DNA of 64,000 nucleotides from an uncultured Candidatus Binatia bacterium (GTDB lineage Bacteria; Desulfobacterota; Binatia; UBA9968; JAJDTQ01): NCBI GenBank assembly GCA_965215605.1, contig OZ244070.1, positions 704,001 to 768,000 of the forward strand, read 5' to 3'. Shown piece by piece: positions 38,847 to 47,433 of this stretch (position 1 is its first letter; each line of letters starts with the position of its first letter). The notes under the pieces were generated by a model. It saw only the letters and a program-made list of their open reading frames with translations, ran no database searches and was not told where the DNA came from. The position numbers and the translations under genes were made by a program.

Positions 38847-40139
38847 GTGACCCGCAAGATCTTCTACGGCTGGTACATCGTCGGCGTCGGCTTCATCTGC
38901 TACCTGGGCTCGTCCTTCGCGCTATCCAGCACCCTCAGCATCTTTCTGAAACCCCTCACGGCCGAGTTCGGCATTTCCCGGGGGGTCTTCTCGTTCATCC
39001 GCAGCGGCGAGGTCCTGTTCTCCTCGGTGATAGCGGCCTTGGTAGGACCCCTCATCGACGGTTACGGAGCCCGATGGCTCATCGTGACCGGGGCGCTGGT
39101 GGGAGGCGCCGGCTTCATCCTGCTCAGCCAGATCCAGGAGTTCTGGCAGTTCATGTTCATACGATGGCTCCCGGTCACCGTCGGCGACACCCTCATGAGC
39201 TACATGGTGGTCAACGTCATGATCTCGCGATGGTTCATCCGCAAGCGGGGGCGCGCCATCTCCATCGCCAACACCGGGAACGGCCTCGCAAAGGCGACCA
39301 TGCCCCTGCTCGCCGTGTGGCTCTTCGCGCTGGTGGGCTGGCGCAACACCTGGATGGTATTCGGCCTGTTGACCCTGGCCATGGTGGTGTTGCCGGCCTT
39401 CCTGGTGGTCCGACGAAGCCCGGAGGATATGGGCCTGCAACCGGACGGCGCGCTGGCGTCTCATGAACCCTTCCCGGGCAGGACTCCGGAACGGGAAGGC
39501 CACCAGGCACCCGCCGCCGAAATCACATGGACGCGAAAGGAGGCCGTCCGCACCGGCACGTTCTGGTTGCTGGTCATCACCTACGGAACCGTCACGTTCG
39601 GGATCATCGGGTTGAACCTGCATATCTACCCCTACATTACGGACATCGGCTATTCGCCCGAGGTAGCCGCCACGGTCATGGGGGCGATGTCCCTGACACA
39701 GATGGCCGGCAACCTCATCTGGGGAGTGGTGGGCGAGCATATCGACGTGCGCAAGGCGGCCGCCGCCCAGTTCCTCCTGCAGGTTTGCGGCCTGGCGCTG
39801 GCCCTTGCGTCCCTGGGGCTGGGCTCGGTCTACCTTGGTTTCATCATCTACGGATTCGGCCTGGGCGGGATCCTGGTGATTCGCGAGCTGCTGTGGGCCA
39901 ACTACTTCGGCCGCGTCTCCCTGGGCCGCGTGCGCAATCTCGGCATCATGATCACCCGGATAGGCACCACCGCCGGCCCGCCCTTCTTCGGATTCTTCCA
40001 CGACTACACCGGCAGCTATTCCCTGTCGTTCGGCGTCTTCATCGGCGCGCTGCTGCTCTCGGCGTTCCTGGTCCTGGCCGTGCGCCCCCCGGGCAAGGCC
40101 GCCCCCTTGGGCGAGGTCCACCAACCGGCGACGCCATGA
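38847..40139 (+). CDS. MFS transporter (tandem copy 1)
   Basis: FYGWYIVG, GPLIDGYGAR, WFIRKRGRA, NYFGR, DYTGSY. Confidence 0.9.
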   Translation: MTRKIFYGWYIVGVGFICYLGSSFALSSTLSIFLKPLTAEFGISRGVFSFIRSGEVLFSSVIAALVGPLIDGYGARWLIVTGALVGGAGFILLSQIQEFWQFMFIRWLPVTVGDTLMSYMVVNVMISRWFIRKRGRAISIANTGNGLAKATMPLLAVWLFALVGWRNTWMVFGLLTLAMVVLPAFLVVRRSPEDMGLQPDGALASHEPFPGRTPEREGHQAPAAEITWTRKEAVRTGTFWLLVITYGTVTFGIIGLNLHIYPYITDIGYSPEVAATVMGAMSLTQMAGNLIWGVVGEHIDVRKAAAAQFLLQVCGLALALASLGLGSVYLGFIIYGFGLGGILVIRELLWANYFGRVSLGRVRNLGIMITRIGTTAGPPFFGFFHDYTGSYSLSFGVFIGALLLSAFLVLAVRPPGKAAPLGEVHQPATP

Positions 40140-41380
40140 CGCGCCAAACCAACCGGCCGTGGGTCATCGCCGGAGCCGCCTCGTTCACGTTCGGCTCCAT
40201 TCGCGGCCTTCACACATCCTTCGGCGTCTTCTTCGTGGCTCTCCTCGACACCTTTCACTGGAGCCGCGCGGTCACCGCCGGGCTTCAGACGGCAAACATG
40301 GTAACCGATGCCCTGGTATCGCCGTTCATCGGCCGCCTCACCGACCGCCTGGGGCCGCGGCGGGTCGTCATGGCGGGCAGCGTCGTCCTGGCCGCCGGTC
40401 TGGTCCTGTGCAGCCAGGTCAGCACGGCGTGGCAGCTCTATCTCTCTTTCGGGGTGGTGATGTCGCTGGGGTTCGCGGCCGGCGGCGTGATCCCCCACGT
40501 GGTGGTGGTGTCGGAGTGGTTCCCGTCCCGCCGGGGCCTCGTGCTGGGCATCGTCTACGGGGCGGTGGGCGTGGGCACCCTGATCCTCTCGCCCCTCAGT
40601 CAGTGGCTGATCTCCCTGTGGGGCTGGCCGCGCGTGTTCCAGGCCCTGGCGGCGGCCATTGTCATCGTCATCATTCCCCTGGTGTGGAGCACCTACCGGC
40701 CCAGCCCGCAAAGCACGCGCGAGCCGGCGGGAGTGAGGGGCGCCGCCGCGGGCGAGTGGTCGGCTTCCCTGGCTTTGAGGAGCATACAGTTCTGGGGCCT
40801 GTTCATCTCCCGGATGCTGGGCTCGGTGGGCACCATGCTGATCGTCACCCATCAGGTCGCTCACGTGGTGGACATCGGTTACAGCCACATCTGGGCCGCC
40901 GGGGTCTTCGGCGTCATGGCCTTCGTCAGCGCCGCGGGACGCGTGGCCTTCGGCTACCTCGCCGACGCCTTCACCAAGACGGCGGCCTACACCCTCAACA
41001 TCGCCTGCGCCGCCGTGGGCGTCCTCGCCCTCACCTTGGCAACCGACACCTCGCAGCCCTGGCTGCTCTACGTCTACGTCGGCGGCTTCGGCATCGCCTT
41101 CGGCTCCCGCGCCGTCATCCTCTCGGCCATCACCGCCGATATCTTCGCCGGCAAGGGCTTCGGGACCATCTTCGGGTTCTCCGTCGTAAGCGTGGGCGTC
41201 GGCGGCGGGCTGGGCGCCTGGCTGGGCGGCGCGCTGCATGATCTCACCGGCACCTACTTCGTGTCGTTCACCGTGGCCAATTCGCTGCTGCTGGTCTCGG
41301 TGCTGGCGGTGTGGGTCACCGGGCTCGACTGGATGCGCCGGTTCGACCGGCGGCTGTGGCCGGTTCCGGGCAAAGATTGA
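40136..41380 (+). CDS. MFS transporter (tandem copy 2, more divergent)
   Basis: ATGA overlap with the upstream gene; GRLTDRLGPRR, WFPSRRG, HDLTGTY. Confidence 0.88.
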   Translation: MTRQTNRPWVIAGAASFTFGSIRGLHTSFGVFFVALLDTFHWSRAVTAGLQTANMVTDALVSPFIGRLTDRLGPRRVVMAGSVVLAAGLVLCSQVSTAWQLYLSFGVVMSLGFAAGGVIPHVVVVSEWFPSRRGLVLGIVYGAVGVGTLILSPLSQWLISLWGWPRVFQALAAAIVIVIIPLVWSTYRPSPQSTREPAGVRGAAAGEWSASLALRSIQFWGLFISRMLGSVGTMLIVTHQVAHVVDIGYSHIWAAGVFGVMAFVSAAGRVAFGYLADAFTKTAAYTLNIACAAVGVLALTLATDTSQPWLLYVYVGGFGIAFGSRAVILSAITADIFAGKGFGTIFGFSVVSVGVGGGLGAWLGGALHDLTGTYFVSFTVANSLLLVSVLAVWVTGLDWMRRFDRRLWPVPGKD

Positions 41381-41505
41381 CTCGGACGGAGCGATTGCCT
41401 AGTTAAAGAGTCTTCCTGAACGCATCAAGCCCGCGCGTACCGCACCCCCGCTGCCGGAGGAGAAAAGCATGAGCCGACCGCCCGTCATCGACGCCCAGGA
41501 CCGCC

Positions 41506-42819
41506 GTGAACCCTGATTCCACCCACCGCTCCGCAAGCCCTGGGATCTTCTATGGCTGGTACATCGTCGGCGCCGCCTTCCTGGCCAACATTTCCTGCGC
41601 CTTCTTCCTCTCCAGCACCCTCAGCGTCTTTCTGAAGCCCGTCACCGCCGATCTCGGCGTGTCCAGGGGGATCTTCTCGCTGCTGCGATCGGGTGAGCAT
41701 CTCCTGTACGCCCTCATGGCGCCCTGGGTGGGGACCAAGCTGGACCAGTACGGCCCGCGCGGCATGATGGTCGCGGGCGCGGTCCTTTCGGCCGTCGGGT
41801 TCCTGCTGCTGGGGTGGGTGTCCTCCTTCTGGCAGTTCGCGTCCGTGCGCGTGACCCTGATGGCCGTAGGCCATGCGCTGGTCTGCTACTTCGTGGTGAA
41901 CGTCACGGTGGCCCGGTGGTTCGTCAGGATGCGGGGGCGGGCGCTGGCCCTCTCGCACCTCGGGCACGGCGTCGCCAAGGTGGCCATCTCCGCGGCGGTG
42001 GGCTGGCTCTTGACGTTCATCGACTGGCGCCAGGTCTGGACCCTGTTCGGCGTGCTGGTGGTGGGGCTGGCGGTCATCCCGGTGGCCATTTTCATGCGGC
42101 GAAGCCCGGAGGACGTGGGGCTTCATCCGGACGGCGACGACGCCCGCGGGCCGGCGGGCGGCACGGTCGACGGGAAAGGCCGGACAGCGAGGACCGGGGA
42201 CGAACCGGAGCCCGACATCCGCTGGACCCGAAAGGAAGTGCGCCGGACGTCCACCTTCTGGTTGATCATCCTGGCATTCGGCATGGTGGACATCGGCATC
42301 ACCGGCCTCAACCTTCACGTGGTCTCCTACGTTTCGGACCTGGGATTCGGCGGAGTTCCGGCCGCCCTGACCATGACCGTCATCGCCGGGACGCAAGCGA
42401 CCTCGGGGCTCTTGTGGGGCTTCGTCGGCGAGCGCGTCAGCGTCCGCAAGGTCATCTCGTTCCTGTTCCTGGTGGAAGCTGCCGGGCTCTACGTGGCGGC
42501 CAACGCGCAGGACCTCTCGACCATCTACCTCGGGTTCTTCTTCTACGGCCTGGGGCTCGGCGGCGCCCAGGTGCTGGAAGAAGTCATGTGGGCGAACTAT
42601 TTCGGCCGGATCTCGCTCGGCACCGTCCGCGGCGCCGCCCTGCAGATCGTGCTGTTGTGCGGGGTCTGCGGGCCCCCGTTCTTCGGTTTCGTGTACGATT
42701 ACACCGGGTCCTACCGGATCTCCCTCTTCCTGTTCATGACCATGCTGCTGATTTCATCGGCGCTGACGCTTACAATACGCAGGCCGCGGCGCCCGGCCGG
42801 GCTCGAACCGGCCGGGTGA
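41506..42819 (+). CDS. MFS transporter (tandem copy 3)
   Basis: FYGWYIVG, RRSPEDVGLHPDG, WANYFGRISLG, DYTGSY. Confidence 0.9.
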   Translation: MNPDSTHRSASPGIFYGWYIVGAAFLANISCAFFLSSTLSVFLKPVTADLGVSRGIFSLLRSGEHLLYALMAPWVGTKLDQYGPRGMMVAGAVLSAVGFLLLGWVSSFWQFASVRVTLMAVGHALVCYFVVNVTVARWFVRMRGRALALSHLGHGVAKVAISAAVGWLLTFIDWRQVWTLFGVLVVGLAVIPVAIFMRRSPEDVGLHPDGDDARGPAGGTVDGKGRTARTGDEPEPDIRWTRKEVRRTSTFWLIILAFGMVDIGITGLNLHVVSYVSDLGFGGVPAALTMTVIAGTQATSGLLWGFVGERVSVRKVISFLFLVEAAGLYVAANAQDLSTIYLGFFFYGLGLGGAQVLEEVMWANYFGRISLGTVRGAALQIVLLCGVCGPPFFGFVYDYTGSYRISLFLFMTMLLISSALTLTIRRPRRPAGLEPAG

Positions 42820-42840
42820 TCGGCCGGCCCGCTCAAGGGA

Positions 42841-44139
42841 ATGCAGAAATCCGCTAGACCCAGGCTGTTCTACGGCTGGTACATCGTCGGCACCGGCTTC
42901 GTGGTGCAGCTCGCCTGCCCCTTCTACCTTTCCAGCACCCTCGGGGTGCTGATGAAGTCCATCACCGCCGATTTCGGCGTTTCCCGCGGAACGTTCTCGC
43001 TCATGCGCGCCATGGAACTGGTGAGCTACGCCGGCGTGGCGCCGTGGATCGGCTCCCTGCTGGACCGCTACGGCGCGCGCTGGCTCATGGTCATCGGCGC
43101 GGCCATCTCCATCGCCGGCTTCCTGCTGCTGGGATACGCCCGCAACTTCTGGGAATTCACGTTGATACGGGTGGGGCCGGTATCCATCGGCCACGCCCTG
43201 GTGTGCTACTTCGTGGTCAACGTCACCATCTCCCGCTGGTTCGTGAAGAAGCGCGGCCGGGCCGTGGCCATAGCGCACCTGGGACAGGGCATCTCCAAGA
43301 CCGCCATCGCCCTGGTCGCGGCGGTGCTCCTCACCGCCATCGGCTGGCGTTACGTGTGGATCCTGTTCGGGGGCTTGGTGATCTTTCTCATCCTGATCCC
43401 GGCGGCGGTGTGGATGCGGCGGAGCCCGGAGGACCTCGGGCTGCACCCCGACGGCGCCCCCGAACCCTACGGGTCCCGTGACGAGACCTCCGCGGACCGG
43501 CCCGGCGGCCATCGGGCGTCCGCCGACGTGAGCTGGACCCGGCGGGAAGCCATGAGCACGTCCACCTTCTGGCTCATCACCTTCATCTTCAGCACCGTCG
43601 ACATGGGGGTGGCGGGCTTCAACCTCCACCTGGTCCCGTTCATATCCGACATGGGCTACTCTGCGGTATGGGCCGGCTCGGTGCAGACGGTCAGCGCCGC
43701 GACCCAACTCGGCTCGGGCCTTCTGTGGGGATTCGCGGGGGAACGGGTCAGCGTCCGCAAGGCCACTGCGTTGATGTTCGTCATACAAGCCTCGGGGCTC
43801 GTCCTCGCCATCCAGACAACCGAGTTGCGCTGGCTCTATGTAGCCTTCTTCCTCTACGGGGCCGGCCTGGGCGGCGCGCAGGTCCTCCAGGAGGTCATGT
43901 GGGCCAACTACTTCGGCCGCATATCCCTCGGCACGGTGCGGAGTCTCAGCGTGCCGATCCTCCTGCTCTGCGCCGCCACCGGCGGCCTCGCCTTCGGCTA
44001 CCCCTACGACTACACCGGCAGCTACGACCTGTCCCTGACCCTCTTCATCGCCGTGCAGGTCCTGTGCGCGGGAGTCACGCTGCTCATCCGGCGGCCGGTG
44101 AAAACCGCGCCGCTTGCGGCCGGCAGCGCCCTCCGCTGA
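42841..44139 (+). CDS. MFS transporter (tandem copy 4)
   Basis: FYGWYIVG, RRSPEDLGLHPDG, WANYFGRISLG, DYTGSY. Confidence 0.9.
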   Translation: MQKSARPRLFYGWYIVGTGFVVQLACPFYLSSTLGVLMKSITADFGVSRGTFSLMRAMELVSYAGVAPWIGSLLDRYGARWLMVIGAAISIAGFLLLGYARNFWEFTLIRVGPVSIGHALVCYFVVNVTISRWFVKKRGRAVAIAHLGQGISKTAIALVAAVLLTAIGWRYVWILFGGLVIFLILIPAAVWMRRSPEDLGLHPDGAPEPYGSRDETSADRPGGHRASADVSWTRREAMSTSTFWLITFIFSTVDMGVAGFNLHLVPFISDMGYSAVWAGSVQTVSAATQLGSGLLWGFAGERVSVRKATALMFVIQASGLVLAIQTTELRWLYVAFFLYGAGLGGAQVLQEVMWANYFGRISLGTVRSLSVPILLLCAATGGLAFGYPYDYTGSYDLSLTLFIAVQVLCAGVTLLIRRPVKTAPLAAGSALR

Positions 44140-44188
44140 CGGCTCCGCGTCCCACCCAGAAATATCAGCCTCCGGGTCCGACCATCCC

Positions 44189-44217
44189 TTAAGTCCGCTC
44201 CGAAACGGACGACTTAA
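44189..44217. promoter_or_regulatory. Inverted repeat (candidate operator) upstream of the Gly-Cys repeat gene
   Basis: TTAAGTC-N15-GACTTAA followed by AT-rich TTTATATAG. Confidence 0.45.
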
Positions 44218-44276
44218 TTTATATAGGCGCCTACATCGGTTCGAGGACTTGAACTCAAGCAAGGAGGACTACCAAA

Positions 44277-44948
44277 ATGCAGATTCTGGACTTTTTCACC
44301 CAAAATGATTCTATCGTGACATCATGGATACTGGACCCGGACGGCGACGATCTCGACCTGGAGATCCACGGGTGCGGTTGTGGATGCGGGTGCGGTTGTG
44401 GATGTGGCTGCGGATGCGGCTGTGGATGCGGGTGCGGGTGCGGATGTTCCTGCTCGTGCGACAACACGGGTGCCAACGAAGAAGACAGCGATGACTACAG
44501 TGCGCCGGAAAGCAACTATGCCGACAGCGAAGACTTCTCCGGACCGGAGTACGCGCTTGAGGACACGCCGGCTCCAGCAGATACCACCGCTTCTACGGAC
44601 GATGCATCATCTGTCATTTCAGGTTGTATCTCCTCGGCGGCAACGTCATCATTGGGGTTGGACCCTGTAGCCGAACTGACGGGCGAACACTACGATCCCA
44701 ACGTGGACGAGGATTTTATCACCACAGGAACGCGTGGTCTTGGAGACATGATGTCGCCTCCCACCAACATTCCGGCCGTAATAGAGACGATTGGAGCTGC
44801 CCTAGGCGATCCGGATTGTCAAGCGACGATTGGTAATGCTGTCGACGCCGCCATTGACGGGTTCACTGACGTCCTGAGCGAAGTCGATCAACAGCTCAAG
44901 GCGGCCGATGAGTCCATACAGAATGCGGCCGGCTCGCTGCGTAACTGA
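44277..44948 (+). CDS. Acidic protein with a (Gly-Cys)13-Ser-Cys-Ser-Cys tract; function unknown
   Basis: AAGGAGG RBS at 44261; 223-aa ORF; repeat uses mixed synonymous codons. Confidence 0.8.
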   Translation: MQILDFFTQNDSIVTSWILDPDGDDLDLEIHGCGCGCGCGCGCGCGCGCGCGCGCGCSCSCDNTGANEEDSDDYSAPESNYADSEDFSGPEYALEDTPAPADTTASTDDASSVISGCISSAATSSLGLDPVAELTGEHYDPNVDEDFITTGTRGLGDMMSPPTNIPAVIETIGAALGDPDCQATIGNAVDAAIDGFTDVLSEVDQQLKAADESIQNAAGSLRN

Positions 44949-44978
44949 GGTGACCTCGTAACATCGCATAATCCGAGA

Positions 44979-45018
44979 GTTTGCGTCCCTCCCGCGGGGG
45001 ATGCAAACCCTTCGGGTT
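44979..45018 (+). terminator. Intergenic stem-loop(s) after the Gly-Cys gene
   Basis: GTTTGCGTCCC...GGGATGCAAAC stem overlapping an ACCC-TTCG-GGT C(UUCG)G hairpin. Confidence 0.55.
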
Positions 45019-45056
45019 CGACCGGATTCTCCGAGAAGCAGAGGGTTGGAGACACC

Positions 45057-46124
45057 ATGACAAAACACTCTTGCGTGAAACATTCGGCATCCGTCACCCT
45101 GGCGTTGTCTCTGCTCTGGATCGTCTTGGCCATCAACCCTTCCGCTGGTCAAACGACGCCAACCAAAGGCACACCGCTCCACCTATGTCTCGACACCCAC
45201 AGGGACTGGAGCGCACGGGTTGACGCATGCCGTGCAGCCGCTGAGCAAGGGCACTCGGAAGCCCGGTACCATCTCGGCGTCATGCACTTCAAGGGGCGCG
45301 GTGTACCGCGCGATGCCGGCCAGGCGAGGTATTGGTACCGACTTGCCGCCGATCAACGACACCCGAAAGCCCAGTACAATCTCGGAACCATGTACGCTTT
45401 GGGCCAAGGCATTCCCAAGGACCTCGAAGCAGCGTTGCGCTGGTACCGCTCGGCCGCCGAACAGGGAAACCTGGCGGCACAGTACAACCTGGGGACGATG
45501 TATTTTCGCGGACACGGGACACAAACGGACCACGCCGAAGCGCTACGCTGGTACCGCTCGGCCGCCGAACAAGGATTTGCCTTGGCGCAGACCCAACTGG
45601 GGACAATGTACCACTCCGGGAACGGAGTACCCCAGGACTACGCTACGGCGTTGCGCTGGTACCGCTCGGCCGCCGAACAAGGAGACCCGCGCGCCCAATA
45701 CAACCTTGCGACGATGTATGACAAGGCACACGGAGTGGCCCAAGACTACACGAAGGCAATGCACTGGTTCCGGTTGGCGGCCGAGCACCGGCACGCAGGC
45801 GCACAGTACAACCTCGGTGTGATGCACTCAAAGGGCCACGGCGTACCCGTGGATTATGTCAAGGCCGCTCAATGGTACCGTAAGGCCGCTGAAGGCGGAT
45901 TCGCCCTGGCACAGTTCCAACTGAGTCTCATGTACATTCAAGGACACGGGGTTGGTCGAGATCTCGTACTCGCGTACATGTGGCTCGACTTGGCAGCCAC
46001 CGATAACACCCAGCCATGGACGGTCGCGCGTGATAAATTGGGAGAAACAATGGCACTCGAGCAGGTAGCAAAAGCACGGCAATTGGCACGCGCATGGTCG
46101 GAGAAACTTCGGCAGAGCAAGTAG
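45057..46124 (+). CDS. Secreted Sel1-repeat (SLR) protein
   Basis: Signal peptide; about 7 repeats of AQYNLG.MY..G.GV..D...A..WYR.AAEQG; C-terminal AYMWLDLAA. Confidence 0.92.
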   Translation: MTKHSCVKHSASVTLALSLLWIVLAINPSAGQTTPTKGTPLHLCLDTHRDWSARVDACRAAAEQGHSEARYHLGVMHFKGRGVPRDAGQARYWYRLAADQRHPKAQYNLGTMYALGQGIPKDLEAALRWYRSAAEQGNLAAQYNLGTMYFRGHGTQTDHAEALRWYRSAAEQGFALAQTQLGTMYHSGNGVPQDYATALRWYRSAAEQGDPRAQYNLATMYDKAHGVAQDYTKAMHWFRLAAEHRHAGAQYNLGVMHSKGHGVPVDYVKAAQWYRKAAEGGFALAQFQLSLMYIQGHGVGRDLVLAYMWLDLAATDNTQPWTVARDKLGETMALEQVAKARQLARAWSEKLRQSK

Positions 46125-46216
46125 TCTGTCAGGATTGACGGACGATCCGCGGGCATTGGCATCACCGGCTTGACCCTTCTCGTCACCAGCCGGTGGTGCA
46201 CCCGCTGTTCCCTACC

Positions 46217-47290
46217 CTACGGCGAGTAGGTCTTCCCCTTGCGGTCGGTGACGAACAGCTCGGAGGGCAGCTCCGTGCCGATGCCCTTCTTGCGGGCGGC
46301 CTCGTAAAGGATCCGGGCGGTGGCGGCGAACTGGATGCCCATGCCGGTGTTGTTCTTGAAGACGACGATCTCGTCGTCGCTCTCGCGGCCGCGGCACTGG
46401 CCGGTGAGGAGCTCGCCCAGCTCGTGCAGGTCCTCCTCCTTGATGAGGCCGCGCTCGATGCGGGGGAACAGCTCCGCCTGCCTGTCGAGAAAGACCTGTC
46501 TGCGGAAACCCACCACGATCAGGCCGGCGCGCTCGATGACGGCGTCGTCCAGCTCGTGGCGGGACAGGTAGCTGTCGCCGCCCACGATGCTGTTAACGAA
46601 CGCCCCCTTCTCGAGCCACTCGCCCTTGATGACCGGGTCCACGGTGTTGGTGGCGGCGGTGACGATGTCGCTGCCGCGCACCGCCTCTTCCGCGGAATGC
46701 ACCGGCACGATCTCCACCCCGGCCTTCTCGGTCATCTCCTCCGCGAACCGCTCGCGGTTGGCGCGGGTGGGGCTGAACACCTTGACCGTGTCGAGCTGCC
46801 GCACGGCGCAGGCCGCCAGAAGCTGCGTCTTTGCCTGCTCTCCAGAACCCACCAACCCCATCACCCGGGCGTCCTCCCGCGCCATGTGCTTGGCCGCTAC
46901 CCCGCTGGTGGCGCCGACCCGGAAAATGGAGATGAAGTGGTCGTCCATGATGGACAGGAGCGAGCAGTCCTCCATGTCGAACAGGAACACGAGGCCGACG
47001 TAGTCGCCGGGGTAGATCCGCCGCTTGGTGCCCGCCACCTCCTCTTCGTCGGAGAAGGTCGAGTCGATGCGGAGCCCCATGGACTTCATCCCCGGCACCA
47101 GCCCCATGATGTTGTTGAAGTAGTACTGGAAACCGGGCTTCTTCCCCGGCGCCTGCACCCGGAGCCGGGCGCGGGGCGAGTTCACCGCGCTGCCCTCGCC
47201 CATCTCCCGATAGGCCTGCTCGATGGCGTCGATCTCGTCCGCCATGGGGACCAGATCTTCCAGTTGTTCATTCTTGAGGACCAGAACCAT
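46217..47290 (-). CDS. Ornithine cyclodeaminase/mu-crystallin family protein
   Basis: RVGATSGVAAKHMAR, GLVGSGEQAK, DIVTAATN, FKNNTGMGIQFAA. Confidence 0.88.
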   Translation of the reverse strand: MVLVLKNEQLEDLVPMADEIDAIEQAYREMGEGSAVNSPRARLRVQAPGKKPGFQYYFNNIMGLVPGMKSMGLRIDSTFSDEEEVAGTKRRIYPGDYVGLVFLFDMEDCSLLSIMDDHFISIFRVGATSGVAAKHMAREDARVMGLVGSGEQAKTQLLAACAVRQLDTVKVFSPTRANRERFAEEMTEKAGVEIVPVHSAEEAVRGSDIVTAATNTVDPVIKGEWLEKGAFVNSIVGGDSYLSRHELDDAVIERAGLIVVGFRRQVFLDRQAELFPRIERGLIKEEDLHELGELLTGQCRGRESDDEIVVFKNNTGMGIQFAATARILYEAARKKGIGTELPSELFVTDRKGKTYSP

Positions 47291-47337
47291 TCGTCTCCTC
47301 CGGGAAAGTCTCGGCGGAACCATTCCCGCCTCTCTCT

Positions 47338-47433
47338 GTCATTCCCGTGGGGGCGGGAATCCAGGGGTGGCCACGGGGCGGCCTGCGTCTAGTGTCCGCC
47401 CCCCGCCTGGATTCCCGCCTTCGCGGGAATGAC
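47338..47433. repeat. GTCATTCCCGC...GGGAATCC/GGATTCCC...GGGAATGAC palindromic element (RPE/dRS3-like)
   Basis: Long imperfect inverted repeat; related copies at 60374, 63168 and 53852. Confidence 0.8.

Noticed and set aside
44370-44459. Possible CRISPR array or simple microsatellite
   Set aside because: 6-bp period with third-position variation, no spacers, no cas genes
44255-44476. Minus-strand His-Pro/Gln-Pro repeat peptide (HPHPHPQPHPQ)
   Set aside because: Antisense of the Gly-Cys tract. The variable positions are synonymous only in the plus-strand Gly-Cys frame, which also has the RBS
46140-46152. GGACGATCCGCGG shared with the 28813-28831 junction palindrome
   Set aside because: A 13-bp GC-rich match is expected by chance in a window of this size
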